In this document: positions 20,406 through 30,629 of the stretch, piece after piece
How positions within the stretch are numbered: position 1 is the stretch's first letter
Layout of the letters: each line of letters opens with the position of its first letter
Origin: an uncultured Ruminococcus sp.
GTDB lineage: Bacteria > Bacillota > Clostridia > Oscillospirales > Ruminococcaceae
Direction of reading: 5' to 3'
Length of the DNA: 39,569 nucleotides
Assembly: GCA_937942105.1 (NCBI GenBank)
Contig: CALDFS010000022.1
Span: 1-39,569, forward strand
The notes under the pieces: generated by a model
The model's input: the letters and a program-made list of their open reading frames with translations, nothing else
The model's database searches: none
What the model was told of the DNA's origin: nothing
Made by a program: the position numbers and the translations under genes

Positions 20406-22061
20406 ATGACTGAAAACAATGCTCAAAAACTGATAGAGAAATATGTAAAGCCAATATACGGCTTCTGCCTGAAACGCTGCAAAACCCCTGAGGATGCCGA
20501 GGATTTGGCTCAGGATATTGCTCTGAAAGCATACAGAACTCTGATTCACCGTGATGATATTGACGATTCTGATAAGTTCATATGGACAATCGCGCACAAC
20601 GCTTTAAGCAACTACTATCGTGATTTCAACCGCAGCGCCTTTGGAACGGTCAATATAGACGAGCTTTCGGAAACTTTGGCAAGCTCAGAGAATCACCCCA
20701 TAGAATCGCTTATAGAAGCCGAAGCCGCAGCTAAGCTAAAAAGCGAGATAGCTTATCTTTCAAAGCTGCAAAGACGAATAGTTATAGCTTATTACTTTGA
20801 AGGAAAGCGGCTTGAGGATATTGCACGGAAGCTGAACATTCCGTCAGGAACTGTCAAATGGCATTTGTTTGAAGCCAGAAAAGACTTGAAAAGAGGTATG
20901 GAGAAAATGAGAAACACAAGCGATTTAAAATTCAATCCCATAAAATTCCTTTACGTTGGCACAAGCGGCTGCCCCGGTGCTAAGGGCGCTGACCAGAACT
21001 TCTTCAGAAGCAGACTCGCACAGAATATAGCCTACTCCGTCTGGAAGGAAGCAAAGACCGTAAACGAAATTGCCGAGGATCTGGGAGTTTCACCGGTATA
21101 TATTGAGGAGGAAGCGGAGTATCTCGCCGAGTACGGCTATCTGAAGGAATGTAAAGGCAAGTACCTTTGCAATATTATTATCGAAGAGCCTACAGAGGAA
21201 CTCATCAGGCTCCGCGATGATACCTATACAAAGGCTGCAAAGCTTATAGCAAACGAGCTTTATGACGAGCTTGCCTCCAGCGATATTCTTAACGACCCTA
21301 ACATCTGGGGCGGAGTCACCGGTAAAATGAGCTTTACCGAGGACACGCCAAGGAACAAAAATTATCTTCTCTGGTCGCTGATACCTTATATCGCCGCAAA
21401 CAGCGGCAAGGAGCTTTATAAAGAGGACATCCGCTTTGAGGACGTCGCAACCGTCCGCCCTGATGGCGGCAACACCATATGCACAGCGACGGTCGACAAC
21501 GAAAGCGTAAAAGGCAAGTGCGATAGCGATTGGTGCGGCATATGCTGGAACGAATCCGACAACCTTACTGTCTGGCAGTTAGATACCCGTTGGTCACGGC
21601 ACAGGGTGAACGATAGCTATCATTCCGATTCAATGCGAGTTATCTCACTTCTGAAAAGCGAATACGAGGGTGCTGTACTTAGCCCGGATGAATATGCATT
21701 CCTTTCTCAAATGGGACTCATTAATGTTCTTAAGGATGGCGGAAACATCAAAACCGCATACCGCTGTATCTGGCTTGAGGGCGTAGATATCGAGAATAGG
21801 CTTTTGGAAGTGGGCGCAAAGATTAAGCGCAAGCACGCCGCAGAGCTTCAGAAGCTCAATGATGACCTCGAAGCCGCCTTCTTAAAGGACACGCCCAAGC
21901 ACCTTGTAAAGATGCGCAAGTACGGTTTGCAGCATATCTTTTATTCAAACAGCATTTTTGTAAGAAGCTGCCTTTCTGAGCTTCTGTCAAGCGGAAAGAT
22001 TATAGCTCCAAAGGAAGAGGAGAAGATTTCCTTAACTACTGTTGTTATAAACCGCAAATAG
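20406..22061 (+). CDS. sigma-70 family (ECF-like) RNA polymerase sigma factor with ~380-aa C-terminal extension
   Basis: ATG at 20406 after AAGGAG. Region 2 (EDAEDLAQDIALKAYRTL...FIWTIAHNALSNYYRD) and region 4 (LSKLQRRIVIAYYFEGKRLEDIARKLNIPSGTVKWHLFEARKDLKRG) lie within the first ~168 aa. The remaining ~380 aa have no function I can assign. Confidence 0.8.
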   Translation: MTENNAQKLIEKYVKPIYGFCLKRCKTPEDAEDLAQDIALKAYRTLIHRDDIDDSDKFIWTIAHNALSNYYRDFNRSAFGTVNIDELSETLASSENHPIESLIEAEAAAKLKSEIAYLSKLQRRIVIAYYFEGKRLEDIARKLNIPSGTVKWHLFEARKDLKRGMEKMRNTSDLKFNPIKFLYVGTSGCPGAKGADQNFFRSRLAQNIAYSVWKEAKTVNEIAEDLGVSPVYIEEEAEYLAEYGYLKECKGKYLCNIIIEEPTEELIRLRDDTYTKAAKLIANELYDELASSDILNDPNIWGGVTGKMSFTEDTPRNKNYLLWSLIPYIAANSGKELYKEDIRFEDVATVRPDGGNTICTATVDNESVKGKCDSDWCGICWNESDNLTVWQLDTRWSRHRVNDSYHSDSMRVISLLKSEYEGAVLSPDEYAFLSQMGLINVLKDGGNIKTAYRCIWLEGVDIENRLLEVGAKIKRKHAAELQKLNDDLEAAFLKDTPKHLVKMRKYGLQHIFYSNSIFVRSCLSELLSSGKIIAPKEEEKISLTTVVINRK

Positions 22062-22076
22062 TATCACATATTATAT

Positions 22077-22115
22077 CCGGCTCATGCAAAAATTAAGCAT
22101 GAGTCGGATTTTTTG
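22077..22115 (+). terminator. rho-independent terminator after the sigma factor gene
   Basis: CCGGCTCATGC (22077-22087), loop, GCATGAGTCGG (22097-22107), then ATTTTTTG. Confidence 0.8.
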
Positions 22116-22150
22116 TTAAAAAAATATAAATTTTTGCTCTACCCCCTTGA

Positions 22151-22179
22151 CTTACAGACTTATTTGTGTCAAACTATAA
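22151..22179 (+). promoter_or_regulatory. promoter candidate for the MarR-esterase pair
   Basis: Perfect TATAAT at 22174-22179. The TTACAG at 22151-22156 gives a 17-nt spacer. The better -35 match, TTGACT at 22146-22151, would require a 22-nt spacer. Confidence 0.35.
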
Positions 22180-22217
22180 TTAGCATTTAAATTAGACAAG
22201 GAAAGGAATTAATAAGG

Positions 22218-22658
22218 ATGCCAGAATTAAAAAAATTACATAAAGCGCTGATATTCAGCTCTGCCGCGCATAGAAAAGTCTGTCGAAGTGAATTCCAGAA
22301 GCTCAATCTTTCATATGGGCAGCCGAAGGTTTTGGAAGCATTGTCTGAAAAGGAAGGCTATCTGCAAAAGGACCTGGCCGCAAGATGCCATGTTGAGCCT
22401 GCTACTATGACAATAATTCTCACCAATATGGAGAAAAGGGGATATATCCGCAGGGAAACTGCCCATGTTTCGGGCGGAAAACGCGCCTATGCGGTCTATC
22501 TTACAGATGCCGGAAGAGAAGCTGCCGCTCTGGTTGAAAATATTGTGTGCGATGTTGAACAAATCGGTTTGAACGGCTTTTCGGAAGAGGAGAAAACTCA
22601 GTTTATGGATTATCTCAATAGGCTTGGAAATAACCTTACGACAACATTAATAAAATAG
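22218..22658 (+). CDS. MarR family transcriptional regulator
   Basis: 146 aa with a winged HTH (GYLQKDLAARCHVEPATMTIILTNMEKRGYIRRE...DGRAYAVYLT pattern). Confidence 0.85.
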   Translation: MPELKKLHKALIFSSAAHRKVCRSEFQKLNLSYGQPKVLEALSEKEGYLQKDLAARCHVEPATMTIILTNMEKRGYIRRETAHVSGGKRAYAVYLTDAGREAAALVENIVCDVEQIGLNGFSEEEKTQFMDYLNRLGNNLTTTLIK

Positions 22659-23642
<984 letters not shown>

Positions 23643-23669
23643 TTTTTAATATCATAATATGATAATTAT

Positions 23670-23710
23670 CGGTGCAAAGCCAACCACCAAGGCTCTGCAC
23701 CGATTTTTAT
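23670..23710. terminator. bidirectional terminator between the esterase and P-type ATPase genes
   Basis: CGGTGCAAAGCC (23670-23681) pairs with GGCTCTGCACCG (23691-23702) with one mismatch, then ATTTTTAT. It lies between convergent genes. Confidence 0.65.
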
Positions 23711-23730
23711 ATCAGCTCATGTGCGAGTGT

Positions 23731-26283
23731 CTATTCTTTTGACTTGTTTCTCCTTAATATCAGCATAAGCAAGCCCGAAACTATCGGAACTGCTGCGGCG
23801 AAAATCAGCGACCATGCCATTTCGGCAGGGTTCAGCGGCACAGTCTCCATAACAACGGATGCCTGAGGAAGGTATATGCACACAGCCGTAACTGCGGCGG
23901 AAGCAATTACAGCAAGCAGAAGCCATAAATTCTTAAATGGGTTCATTCTGAATATCGAAACATATTCGCTTCTGCATTCAAAGACGTGTATAAGCTGGCT
24001 TGCTATAAGTGTTACCAAAGCGCAGGTGCGGGCAACAGCAAGCTCTGTTCCTATGTACATCAGAGAATAGGCAAAGCACCCCAATGTGCATATTCCGATA
24101 AGTATTCCGCGGATTATTATTTTGTGCAGCAACCCTCCGCTGAAAAAGTCGCCCGAGAATCTCTGTGGCTTCATTTCCATGACCGCCTTTTCCGTCTTTT
24201 CCATGCCTAAGGCTATCGCCGGCAGACCGTCTGTAACAAGGTTCACAAGAAGTATCTGGGTAGGCAGAAGTATCACCGGCATACCAAGGATGATGGATAG
24301 AAACATAACCATAACCTCGCCGATGTTGCAGGATATGAGATACCGCACGAACTTGCGGATGTTTGAATAGACTGTCCTGCCCTGTCTGACGGCTTCGCAA
24401 AGGGTGGAAAAGTCGTCATCAAGAAGGATGATGTCCGCCGCCTGTTTGCAGGCATCCGTTCCCGATTTGCCCATTGCAACGCCTATGTTTGCTTCCTTGA
24501 CGGCAGGAGCATCGTTGACACCGTCTCCGGTCATAGCTACAATGTTGCCCTTGCGCTTGAACGCCGATACAATTCTCAGCTTATCCTTGGGGTCCACGCG
24601 GGAGAATACGCTTACTCTTGATATAACAGCGTCAAGCTCCTTGTCGGAAAGCCTGTCAAGCTCGTCTTTTGAAAGGCTTATTCCGCCCATGCGAAGTATG
24701 CCTATCTCCTTTGCAATGGCTTCAGCTGTGAGCTTGTGGTCACCGGTTATCATGACTGTTTTGATTCCTGCACGCCTGAGTTCCGAAACGGAGCGCTTTG
24801 CTTCCTTGCGCGGGGCATCTATCATCCCCATAAGCCCTATAAATACCTTGCTGTCGTTGCCGCGTGATAACGAAAACGCCATAACCCTGAGTGCCTTGGA
24901 GGCATAGCCCTCGGCGATATCCATAAGATTTCTTTTGTCCTGCAACGACAGCGGCAGAACCCCACTTTCGGTCATGATATATCTGCATTGACCTATAATA
25001 ACATCAGGTGCGCCCTTCGTATATACGGCTTCTCCCTTTGTCGACACAACAGATACACTCATCTGCTTGGTTTCGCTCTCAAATGGAATCTCACTTATTC
25101 TGCGGTATTTATCCCTTATATCGGATACGCTCATACCTGCCTTTTCCGAAGCTATCAGCATTGCCGCTTCGGTAGGGTCGCCGTCAGAGCGGCATTCTGA
25201 GTTTTCTATGGTTATATTTGCGTTGTTGCACAGCACTCCGCATATCAGAAGCTCACTCAGAGCCTCAGATTTTTTATTTGGGGATACCGTTCCGGTAATG
25301 CTCTGACCGGAACCGCTTACGGTGTATTCGCATCCGTCAGCATAAAGTCGTGTTACCGTCATTTTGTTTTCTGTCAGAGTCCCGGTTTTGTCGGTGCAGA
25401 TGACCGTTGTGCAGCCCAGCGTTTCAACCGAGTGAAGCTTGTGAACAAGCGCATTCTTTTTTAGCATTCTACGAACAGCCAGCGCAAGCGCGATTGTGAC
25501 GGTTGCAGGAAGCCCCTCCGGTATAGCGGCGATTGCTATCGTTATACCGGTCATGAGAATATCAAAAACAGGCTCGCCCCTGATGATTCCCGCAAGAGCA
25601 ACCACAAAACATACGCTAAGGCAGATTATGCAGAGCGATTTTCCCAGCGAGGAAAGCTTCTTCTGCAATGGCGTCTCATCCTTGCCGGCTTCGTCTATCA
25701 AAGCTGACATCTGACCCATCTTGGTGTTCATTCCCGTCTGAGTGCACTTTACCATTGCGTTGCCGCGCGTGACGGATGTACCCATAAAAACGCTTCCGCT
25801 TTTCTTTCTTACGGCTTCCGATTCACCTGTGAGGATGGCTTCGTCGCACCAAAGACCGTTTTCGGATATTACGCTGCCGTCGCAGGGAATCCTGTCTCCG
25901 GCTTCTATGACAATGATATCATCCGGCACAAGCAGGGAAGCGTCTATGCTCTTTTTAACGCCGTTTCTTATGACGCGCGCCGTTGGAGATGTTAGCTTTT
26001 CAAGGGATTCCATCGTCTTTTCGGTTCTGTATTCCTGAATAAATCCTAAAACAGCGTCAAGCAGAACTATAATGATAATAGTAACAGCGTCATAGATTTC
26101 GCCCATCGCCGCCGAAATAATGGTTGCGCCGAGCAGTATAAGAACCATGATGTCCTTGAACTGGTCAAAGAATATTTTTACAGCGCTCTGCTTTTTGCTT
26201 ACTGTAAGAATGTTTTTGCCATAGTCCTTAAGGCGGTCGTTTGCCTCCGCCTCGGTAAGTCCTTTTCCCGGATATTCCTGCAT
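23731..26283 (-). CDS. calcium-type (P2A, SERCA/YloB-like) cation-translocating P-type ATPase
   Basis: TGES, DKTGTLT, PEGLPA in TM4, MITGDH and TGDGVNDAP motifs. The preferred ATG at 26283 follows AGGGAG; the ORF track extends to 26316. Confidence 0.93.
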   Translation of the reverse strand: MQEYPGKGLTEAEANDRLKDYGKNILTVSKKQSAVKIFFDQFKDIMVLILLGATIISAAMGEIYDAVTIIIIVLLDAVLGFIQEYRTEKTMESLEKLTSPTARVIRNGVKKSIDASLLVPDDIIVIEAGDRIPCDGSVISENGLWCDEAILTGESEAVRKKSGSVFMGTSVTRGNAMVKCTQTGMNTKMGQMSALIDEAGKDETPLQKKLSSLGKSLCIICLSVCFVVALAGIIRGEPVFDILMTGITIAIAAIPEGLPATVTIALALAVRRMLKKNALVHKLHSVETLGCTTVICTDKTGTLTENKMTVTRLYADGCEYTVSGSGQSITGTVSPNKKSEALSELLICGVLCNNANITIENSECRSDGDPTEAAMLIASEKAGMSVSDIRDKYRRISEIPFESETKQMSVSVVSTKGEAVYTKGAPDVIIGQCRYIMTESGVLPLSLQDKRNLMDIAEGYASKALRVMAFSLSRGNDSKVFIGLMGMIDAPRKEAKRSVSELRRAGIKTVMITGDHKLTAEAIAKEIGILRMGGISLSKDELDRLSDKELDAVISRVSVFSRVDPKDKLRIVSAFKRKGNIVAMTGDGVNDAPAVKEANIGVAMGKSGTDACKQAADIILLDDDFSTLCEAVRQGRTVYSNIRKFVRYLISCNIGEVMVMFLSIILGMPVILLPTQILLVNLVTDGLPAIALGMEKTEKAVMEMKPQRFSGDFFSGGLLHKIIIRGILIGICTLGCFAYSLMYIGTELAVARTCALVTLIASQLIHVFECRSEYVSIFRMNPFKNLWLLLAVIASAAVTAVCIYLPQASVVMETVPLNPAEMAWSLIFAAAVPIVSGLLMLILRRNKSKE

Positions 26284-26420
26284 AATAAATCTCCCTTTCA
26301 GCCGATAAAACAGCATTTTATCGGTATATTCATCCTATAACAGCTTGACCTTTGCCTCTAAGATGAATGTATGAAGGGGAGTGATTATTTATTCCTGATA
26401 CAGTCTTTATGATTTTCGAA

Positions 26421-26457
26421 AGAAAAATTGCCGCAAAATCATGATTTGTGATTTTGC
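26421..26457 (-). terminator. rho-independent terminator after the prs-like gene
   Basis: A 9-bp perfect stem, GCAAAATCA (26433-26441) with TGATTTTGC (26449-26457). On the minus strand it is followed by GGCAATTTTTCT. Confidence 0.6.
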
Positions 26458-26528
26458 AGCAATTCCATTTTGATTAACCGGCAGAAAAGGATTACAGCAT
26501 CAGCAGATGGGTATATCGCCGACAGCTA

Positions 26529-27686
26529 TCAATTTCTGCTTGCGTGGTGAGCATTCAAAAGTGCCCTGATTTTTTCGTGAGGGTCAAGAATTTCACTTAC
26601 CGACATATCGTGGTTCAGCGCGGCTACAAAGTAGGAAACATACTTCGAGCAGTCAACAATATGGAACCATTCCTTGCTCTTAAGCTCTTCGGGAACATAG
26701 GAAAGGTTGGTACCGAAAACGCCGTCTATGATTCCTGCCGCATACGCCTTATCGAACTTTTCAAAGCCGGTAGTAAATAATCCGTATGTAGCGTAAGCGA
26801 TGATTTTTCTTGCGTTGCGCTTTTTAAGCTCATAGGCAATATCGAGCATCGATTCGCCGGAGGAAATAAGGTCATCGGCAATGAAAATGTCCATTCCGGA
26901 AACGTCGTTGCCAAGATACTCATGGGCAACTATCGGGTTTCTGCCGTTGACAACGGTCGAATAGTCGCGCCTCTTATAGAACATTCCAAGGTCTACTTCA
27001 AGGGCGGATGCATAGTACATATTTCTGCCCATAGCGCCCTCATCGGGAGATACTACCATGAAGTGTTCTTTGTCGATTTCAAGGTCGTCAAACGCCTTGA
27101 ACAGAGCCTTCAATACCTGATAAGAGGGGATTATATTGTCAAAGCCCATCAGCGGAACCGCATTCTGAACTCTGGGGTCATGAGCGTCAAAGGTTAGTAG
27201 GTTTGAAACTCCTATCGACTGAAGCTCCTGAAGCATCATTGCACAGTCCAACGATTCCCGGTAGTTTCTTCTGTGCTGACGTCCGCCGTAAAGCATAGGC
27301 ATAATGACATTTATGCGGTGTGCTTTTCCTCCTGCTGCCTGAATTATCCTTTTAAGATCCTGGTAGTGATCATCCGGCGACATATGGTTTTCGTGCCCGA
27401 ATAGGGGATACGTGCAGGAATAGTTGCCGGTGTCGCAGACTATGAACAAATCATAGCCGCGGACGGTTCTGGAAATCAGAGCCTTAGCGTCACCCGACTG
27501 GAATCTGGGGCAGCTGCATGGAATCAAGAAGGTATCAACGTCCTGCCCGGACTGCTTAGCCCATGTTACAAGGTAATCGTTGATCCTTTCTCCGAGCTCC
27601 TTAGCGCCATCCATAGCTATGATTCCAAGTGGTGCAACGCTGAGTGCAGGATTAAATACCTGTGCGGTTTGTTTCAGCTTTGACAT
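26529..27686 (-). CDS. ribose-phosphate pyrophosphokinase family protein (long, divergent form)
   Basis: 385 aa. The PRPP-binding loop is IFIADDLISSGESMLDIA, with DAHDPRVQNA in place of the canonical DLHAxQIQGFF. GGAGGA RBS. There are insertions relative to ~315-aa class I Prs. Confidence 0.8.
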   Translation of the reverse strand: MSKLKQTAQVFNPALSVAPLGIIAMDGAKELGERINDYLVTWAKQSGQDVDTFLIPCSCPRFQSGDAKALISRTVRGYDLFIVCDTGNYSCTYPLFGHENHMSPDDHYQDLKRIIQAAGGKAHRINVIMPMLYGGRQHRRNYRESLDCAMMLQELQSIGVSNLLTFDAHDPRVQNAVPLMGFDNIIPSYQVLKALFKAFDDLEIDKEHFMVVSPDEGAMGRNMYYASALEVDLGMFYKRRDYSTVVNGRNPIVAHEYLGNDVSGMDIFIADDLISSGESMLDIAYELKKRNARKIIAYATYGLFTTGFEKFDKAYAAGIIDGVFGTNLSYVPEELKSKEWFHIVDCSKYVSYFVAALNHDMSVSEILDPHEKIRALLNAHHASRN

Positions 27687-27736
27687 TTTTTATCAATCCT
27701 CCAAATTAATTTTTTCAGATATTTAGATATTAGATA

Positions 27737-28993
27737 TTAGAGATGATCCGAGCGCTTTTTGCGCGCTCTGTGAACGTTAACAAATATCGTCGCCGCTATA
27801 AGACATATTAAGAATATCGGAACGAGCCACGGGTTTGAATTGCCGATTTTAAGCTGGTTCCACAGGCTTTGCATCTGAGCATTAGCCTCGTCTGAAAGAT
27901 TTACGAAAATCTCAGTGTTGTTGATAAGATAATCCTCCGAAGGGTATTGCAGTTCGTTATTGCGAACCTCCTCGTCCAAAAGCTCATATGCTGCCTGATT
28001 GGGAGTTGAGTAACCGGTGTACTCGCAGTTTGCAAGCGCAACCTCAGCCTCGCACAGGAAGTTTATATACATTTCTGCGGCTTCCTTGTTCTCTGCCGTC
28101 TTCGGGATGCATATAGCGTCCACAAACTGGTTTGTGCCCTCTTCCGGGATGCAGTAGGTAAGGTCGGGATTATCGTCCATCATAGTGACAGCGTCGCCGG
28201 CGTAATAGGGAGCTATCGCCGCAGAGCCGCCCTCCATCTTGTCAAAGATTTCATCCATGACATATCCCTGTACGACTTCCTTCTGCTCCTTCAAAAGAAG
28301 CATAGCCTGTTCAAGCTCCTTGGGGTTTTCGGTGTTCTGGGAATATCCCAGATAGGTCAAAGCCACGCCGAAAGCATCCCTTGGATTGTTGAACATAAGG
28401 ATGTTGTTTGCATACTTCTCGTCCCAGAGCGAAGCCCAGGAGGTTATTTCCTCGTCTACCATCGTCTGATTGTAGATGATAACCACCATTCCCCAAAGGT
28501 AGGGGACAGTATAAAGATTTTCCGGGTCATACTCGGGCGATATAAAGGATGGCATTATGTTTGCAATGTTGGGGATGTTATTGTAGTCCAGCTTTTGCAG
28601 CATATCCTCCTTTATCATCTTGGAAATCATATAGTCGCTCGGAACAACGATATCATACGCTGCACCGCCCGAAAGAAGCTTTGAGTACAAAGTTTCATTG
28701 CTGACAAACGTAGTGTAGTTGACCTTTACGCCGGTAAGCCGCTCGAAAGCTTTGTTGACGTCCAGCATTTCAGGCTCGGATATAGACATATATTCGCCCC
28801 AGTTGGCGACGTTTATGGTTATATTCTGTCCCTTGAACTTTGAATAATCGTAATCCGAAAGAAGCTCCGGGTCAAGGTTTGAATAAGAGCCGATAACGCT
28901 GTCGACGTCCTCCTCCTCGGTGCTGCCGCAGGCAGAGAACATCATGACAGCCATAAGTGCTGCAAGCATAAGGGCAAACAGTTTTTTCATCAT
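27737..28993 (-). CDS. potD: spermidine/putrescine ABC transporter substrate-binding lipoprotein PotD with C-terminal TM segment
   Basis: Lipobox MFSAC/GS and PotD-like body (NWGEYM, VPSDYMISKM, IPKTAENKEAAEMYINFL). The C-terminus has the hydrophobic helix WLVPIFLICLIAATIFVNV followed by HRARKKR. Confidence 0.88.
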   Translation of the reverse strand: MMKKLFALMLAALMAVMMFSACGSTEEEDVDSVIGSYSNLDPELLSDYDYSKFKGQNITINVANWGEYMSISEPEMLDVNKAFERLTGVKVNYTTFVSNETLYSKLLSGGAAYDIVVPSDYMISKMIKEDMLQKLDYNNIPNIANIMPSFISPEYDPENLYTVPYLWGMVVIIYNQTMVDEEITSWASLWDEKYANNILMFNNPRDAFGVALTYLGYSQNTENPKELEQAMLLLKEQKEVVQGYVMDEIFDKMEGGSAAIAPYYAGDAVTMMDDNPDLTYCIPEEGTNQFVDAICIPKTAENKEAAEMYINFLCEAEVALANCEYTGYSTPNQAAYELLDEEVRNNELQYPSEDYLINNTEIFVNLSDEANAQMQSLWNQLKIGNSNPWLVPIFLICLIAATIFVNVHRARKKRSDHL

Positions 28994-29820
28994 CTTGATC
29001 CCTCCTTGCTCATAGCAGCTCTTACAAGCGCTCTTTCGTGCCTCAGCTTCCTGTTTTCAATGACATTCTTGGTGACAAGTATCGTTGATATAACTACAAA
29101 GATTATCGCCGAAAGTGCGTTGATTTCGGGGGATATTTTCAGCCTTGTCATCGATTCGATGGTGATGGAAAGCGTCTGAACATCAACGCCGGTGGTGAAG
29201 TAGCTTACAACGAAGTCGTCAACAGAATAGGTCACAGCCATAAGAAAGCCTGAGAAGATACCCGGCATGATTTCCGGTATGACTACCTTGAAAAATGCCA
29301 TTTTCTGATTGCATCCCAGATCCAGTGCCGCTTCAACCAAGTTTGGGTTCATAGTCCTCAACTTGGGCAGGACGTTGTAGATTACGTATGGAACGTCAAA
29401 GGAAATATGCGCAAGAATCAGCGATACAAAGCCGAACTTAAAGCCGAAATAATCAACAAAGAATCTGAAAAGAAGCATCAGCGAAATACCCATGATGATT
29501 TCAGGATTGATTACAGGAATATATGTCGCTCCCATTATTACCGCGCGCGGAGCTTTTTTCATGCTGTGTATTCCAAGCGCCGCCATCGTTCCTAAGATAG
29601 TTGCAAGAACAGAAGCCGCCAGCGCAACTATAACCGTGTTCAGAAGTGAACGCAGAATTGCTTCGTTGTGGAAAAGCTTAATGTACCAATCGAAGGTAAA
29701 GCCAGTCCAGTTCGCGCGCGACTTTGAAACGTTGAACGAAAATACAATAAGCACGAGTATCGGAAGATACAGGAAGATGTACAGCGCGTACATATAGAGT
29801 TTTGAAGAAAGCTTTTTCAT
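28990..29820 (-). CDS. potC: spermidine/putrescine ABC transporter permease PotC
   Basis: Six-TM ABC permease with the EAA loop (VEAALDLGCNQKMAFFKVVIPEIMPG). It overlaps both potB and potD. Confidence 0.9.
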   Translation of the reverse strand: MKKLSSKLYMYALYIFLYLPILVLIVFSFNVSKSRANWTGFTFDWYIKLFHNEAILRSLLNTVIVALAASVLATILGTMAALGIHSMKKAPRAVIMGATYIPVINPEIIMGISLMLLFRFFVDYFGFKFGFVSLILAHISFDVPYVIYNVLPKLRTMNPNLVEAALDLGCNQKMAFFKVVIPEIMPGIFSGFLMAVTYSVDDFVVSYFTTGVDVQTLSITIESMTRLKISPEINALSAIIFVVISTILVTKNVIENRKLRHERALVRAAMSKEGSR

Positions 29821-30629
29821 AACATCGCGCCCTCCTCTTCACTTCCGAATTGGTTGAACAGGCTCATCATGAACAGTACTATTATCATAAGCACCAATGC
29901 CATTGCAGAGCCAAGGTGAGGATTATATGATGCGCCCAGGAACTGAGCCTCGATAAGGTCGCCGATAAGGTCGTTTGTTCCGCCGCCCAGCATCCTTGAA
30001 ATAACAAAGGTTGAAACACTGGGGATGAAAACAGCTATAATTCCGGTATTTATTCCGGGCATGGAAAGGGGAAGTATTACCCGCCTGACAAGGCTTAGCC
30101 TGCTCGAACCGAGATCCTGCGCCGCTTCGATAACGCTCTGATCGATTTTGACCATAACCGAATACAATGGAAGTATCATAAATGGAAGATAGTTATAAAC
30201 CATACCTAATATGACCGCTCCTGCATTGTTTATAAGGTTTAATGGACCTATTCCGAAAAGCCCCAAAAATCTGTTGATAAGTCCGTTTGGCTCCAAAAGG
30301 GTCATCCATGCATAGGTTCTGAGAATGAAGCTTATCCACATGGGAACCATTATAAGAACTATCAGCGATGATTGATTGAAGGATTTTGCCCTTGATATAA
30401 TGTAAGCAGCCGGAAAAGCCAGAATAAGGCAGATGACAGTTGCTATCATCGCAAAAATGATTGAGCGGAAAAGCACTGCCATATAGCTTGACATATCAAA
30501 CAGGTTTTGCAGGGTGAATCCGCCGTCGCCGTCGGTAAGTGCAAATACTACTACCAGTCCCAGCGGAACAACAGTGAAAATAAGTATCCATACAACGTAT
30601 GGTATTGCTAAAGCTTTGGAGGTTTTCAT
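29817..30629 (-). CDS. potB: spermidine/putrescine ABC transporter permease PotB
   Basis: Six-TM ABC permease with the EAA loop (IEAAQDLGSSRLSLVRRVILPLSMPG). It follows potA directly. Confidence 0.9.
   Translation of the reverse strand: MKTSKALAIPYVVWILIFTVVPLGLVVVFALTDGDGGFTLQNLFDMSSYMAVLFRSIIFAMIATVICLILAFPAAYIISRAKSFNQSSLIVLIMVPMWISFILRTYAWMTLLEPNGLINRFLGLFGIGPLNLINNAGAVILGMVYNYLPFMILPLYSVMVKIDQSVIEAAQDLGSSRLSLVRRVILPLSMPGINTGIIAVFIPSVSTFVISRMLGGGTNDLIGDLIEAQFLGASYNPHLGSAMALVLMIIVLFMMSLFNQFGSEEEGAML

Noticed and set aside
23978-24907. 140-aa and 167-aa ORFs inside the P-type ATPase gene.
   Set aside because: These are shadow ORFs of a gene that carries all P-type ATPase signature motifs. 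Their products are Ser/Arg/Pro-rich with no motifs.
27687-27736. Short ATATCTA-type micro-repeats between potD and the prs-like gene.
   Set aside because: They are only 2-3 imperfect copies in an AT-rich spacer. This is too short and degenerate to call a repeat element or binding site.
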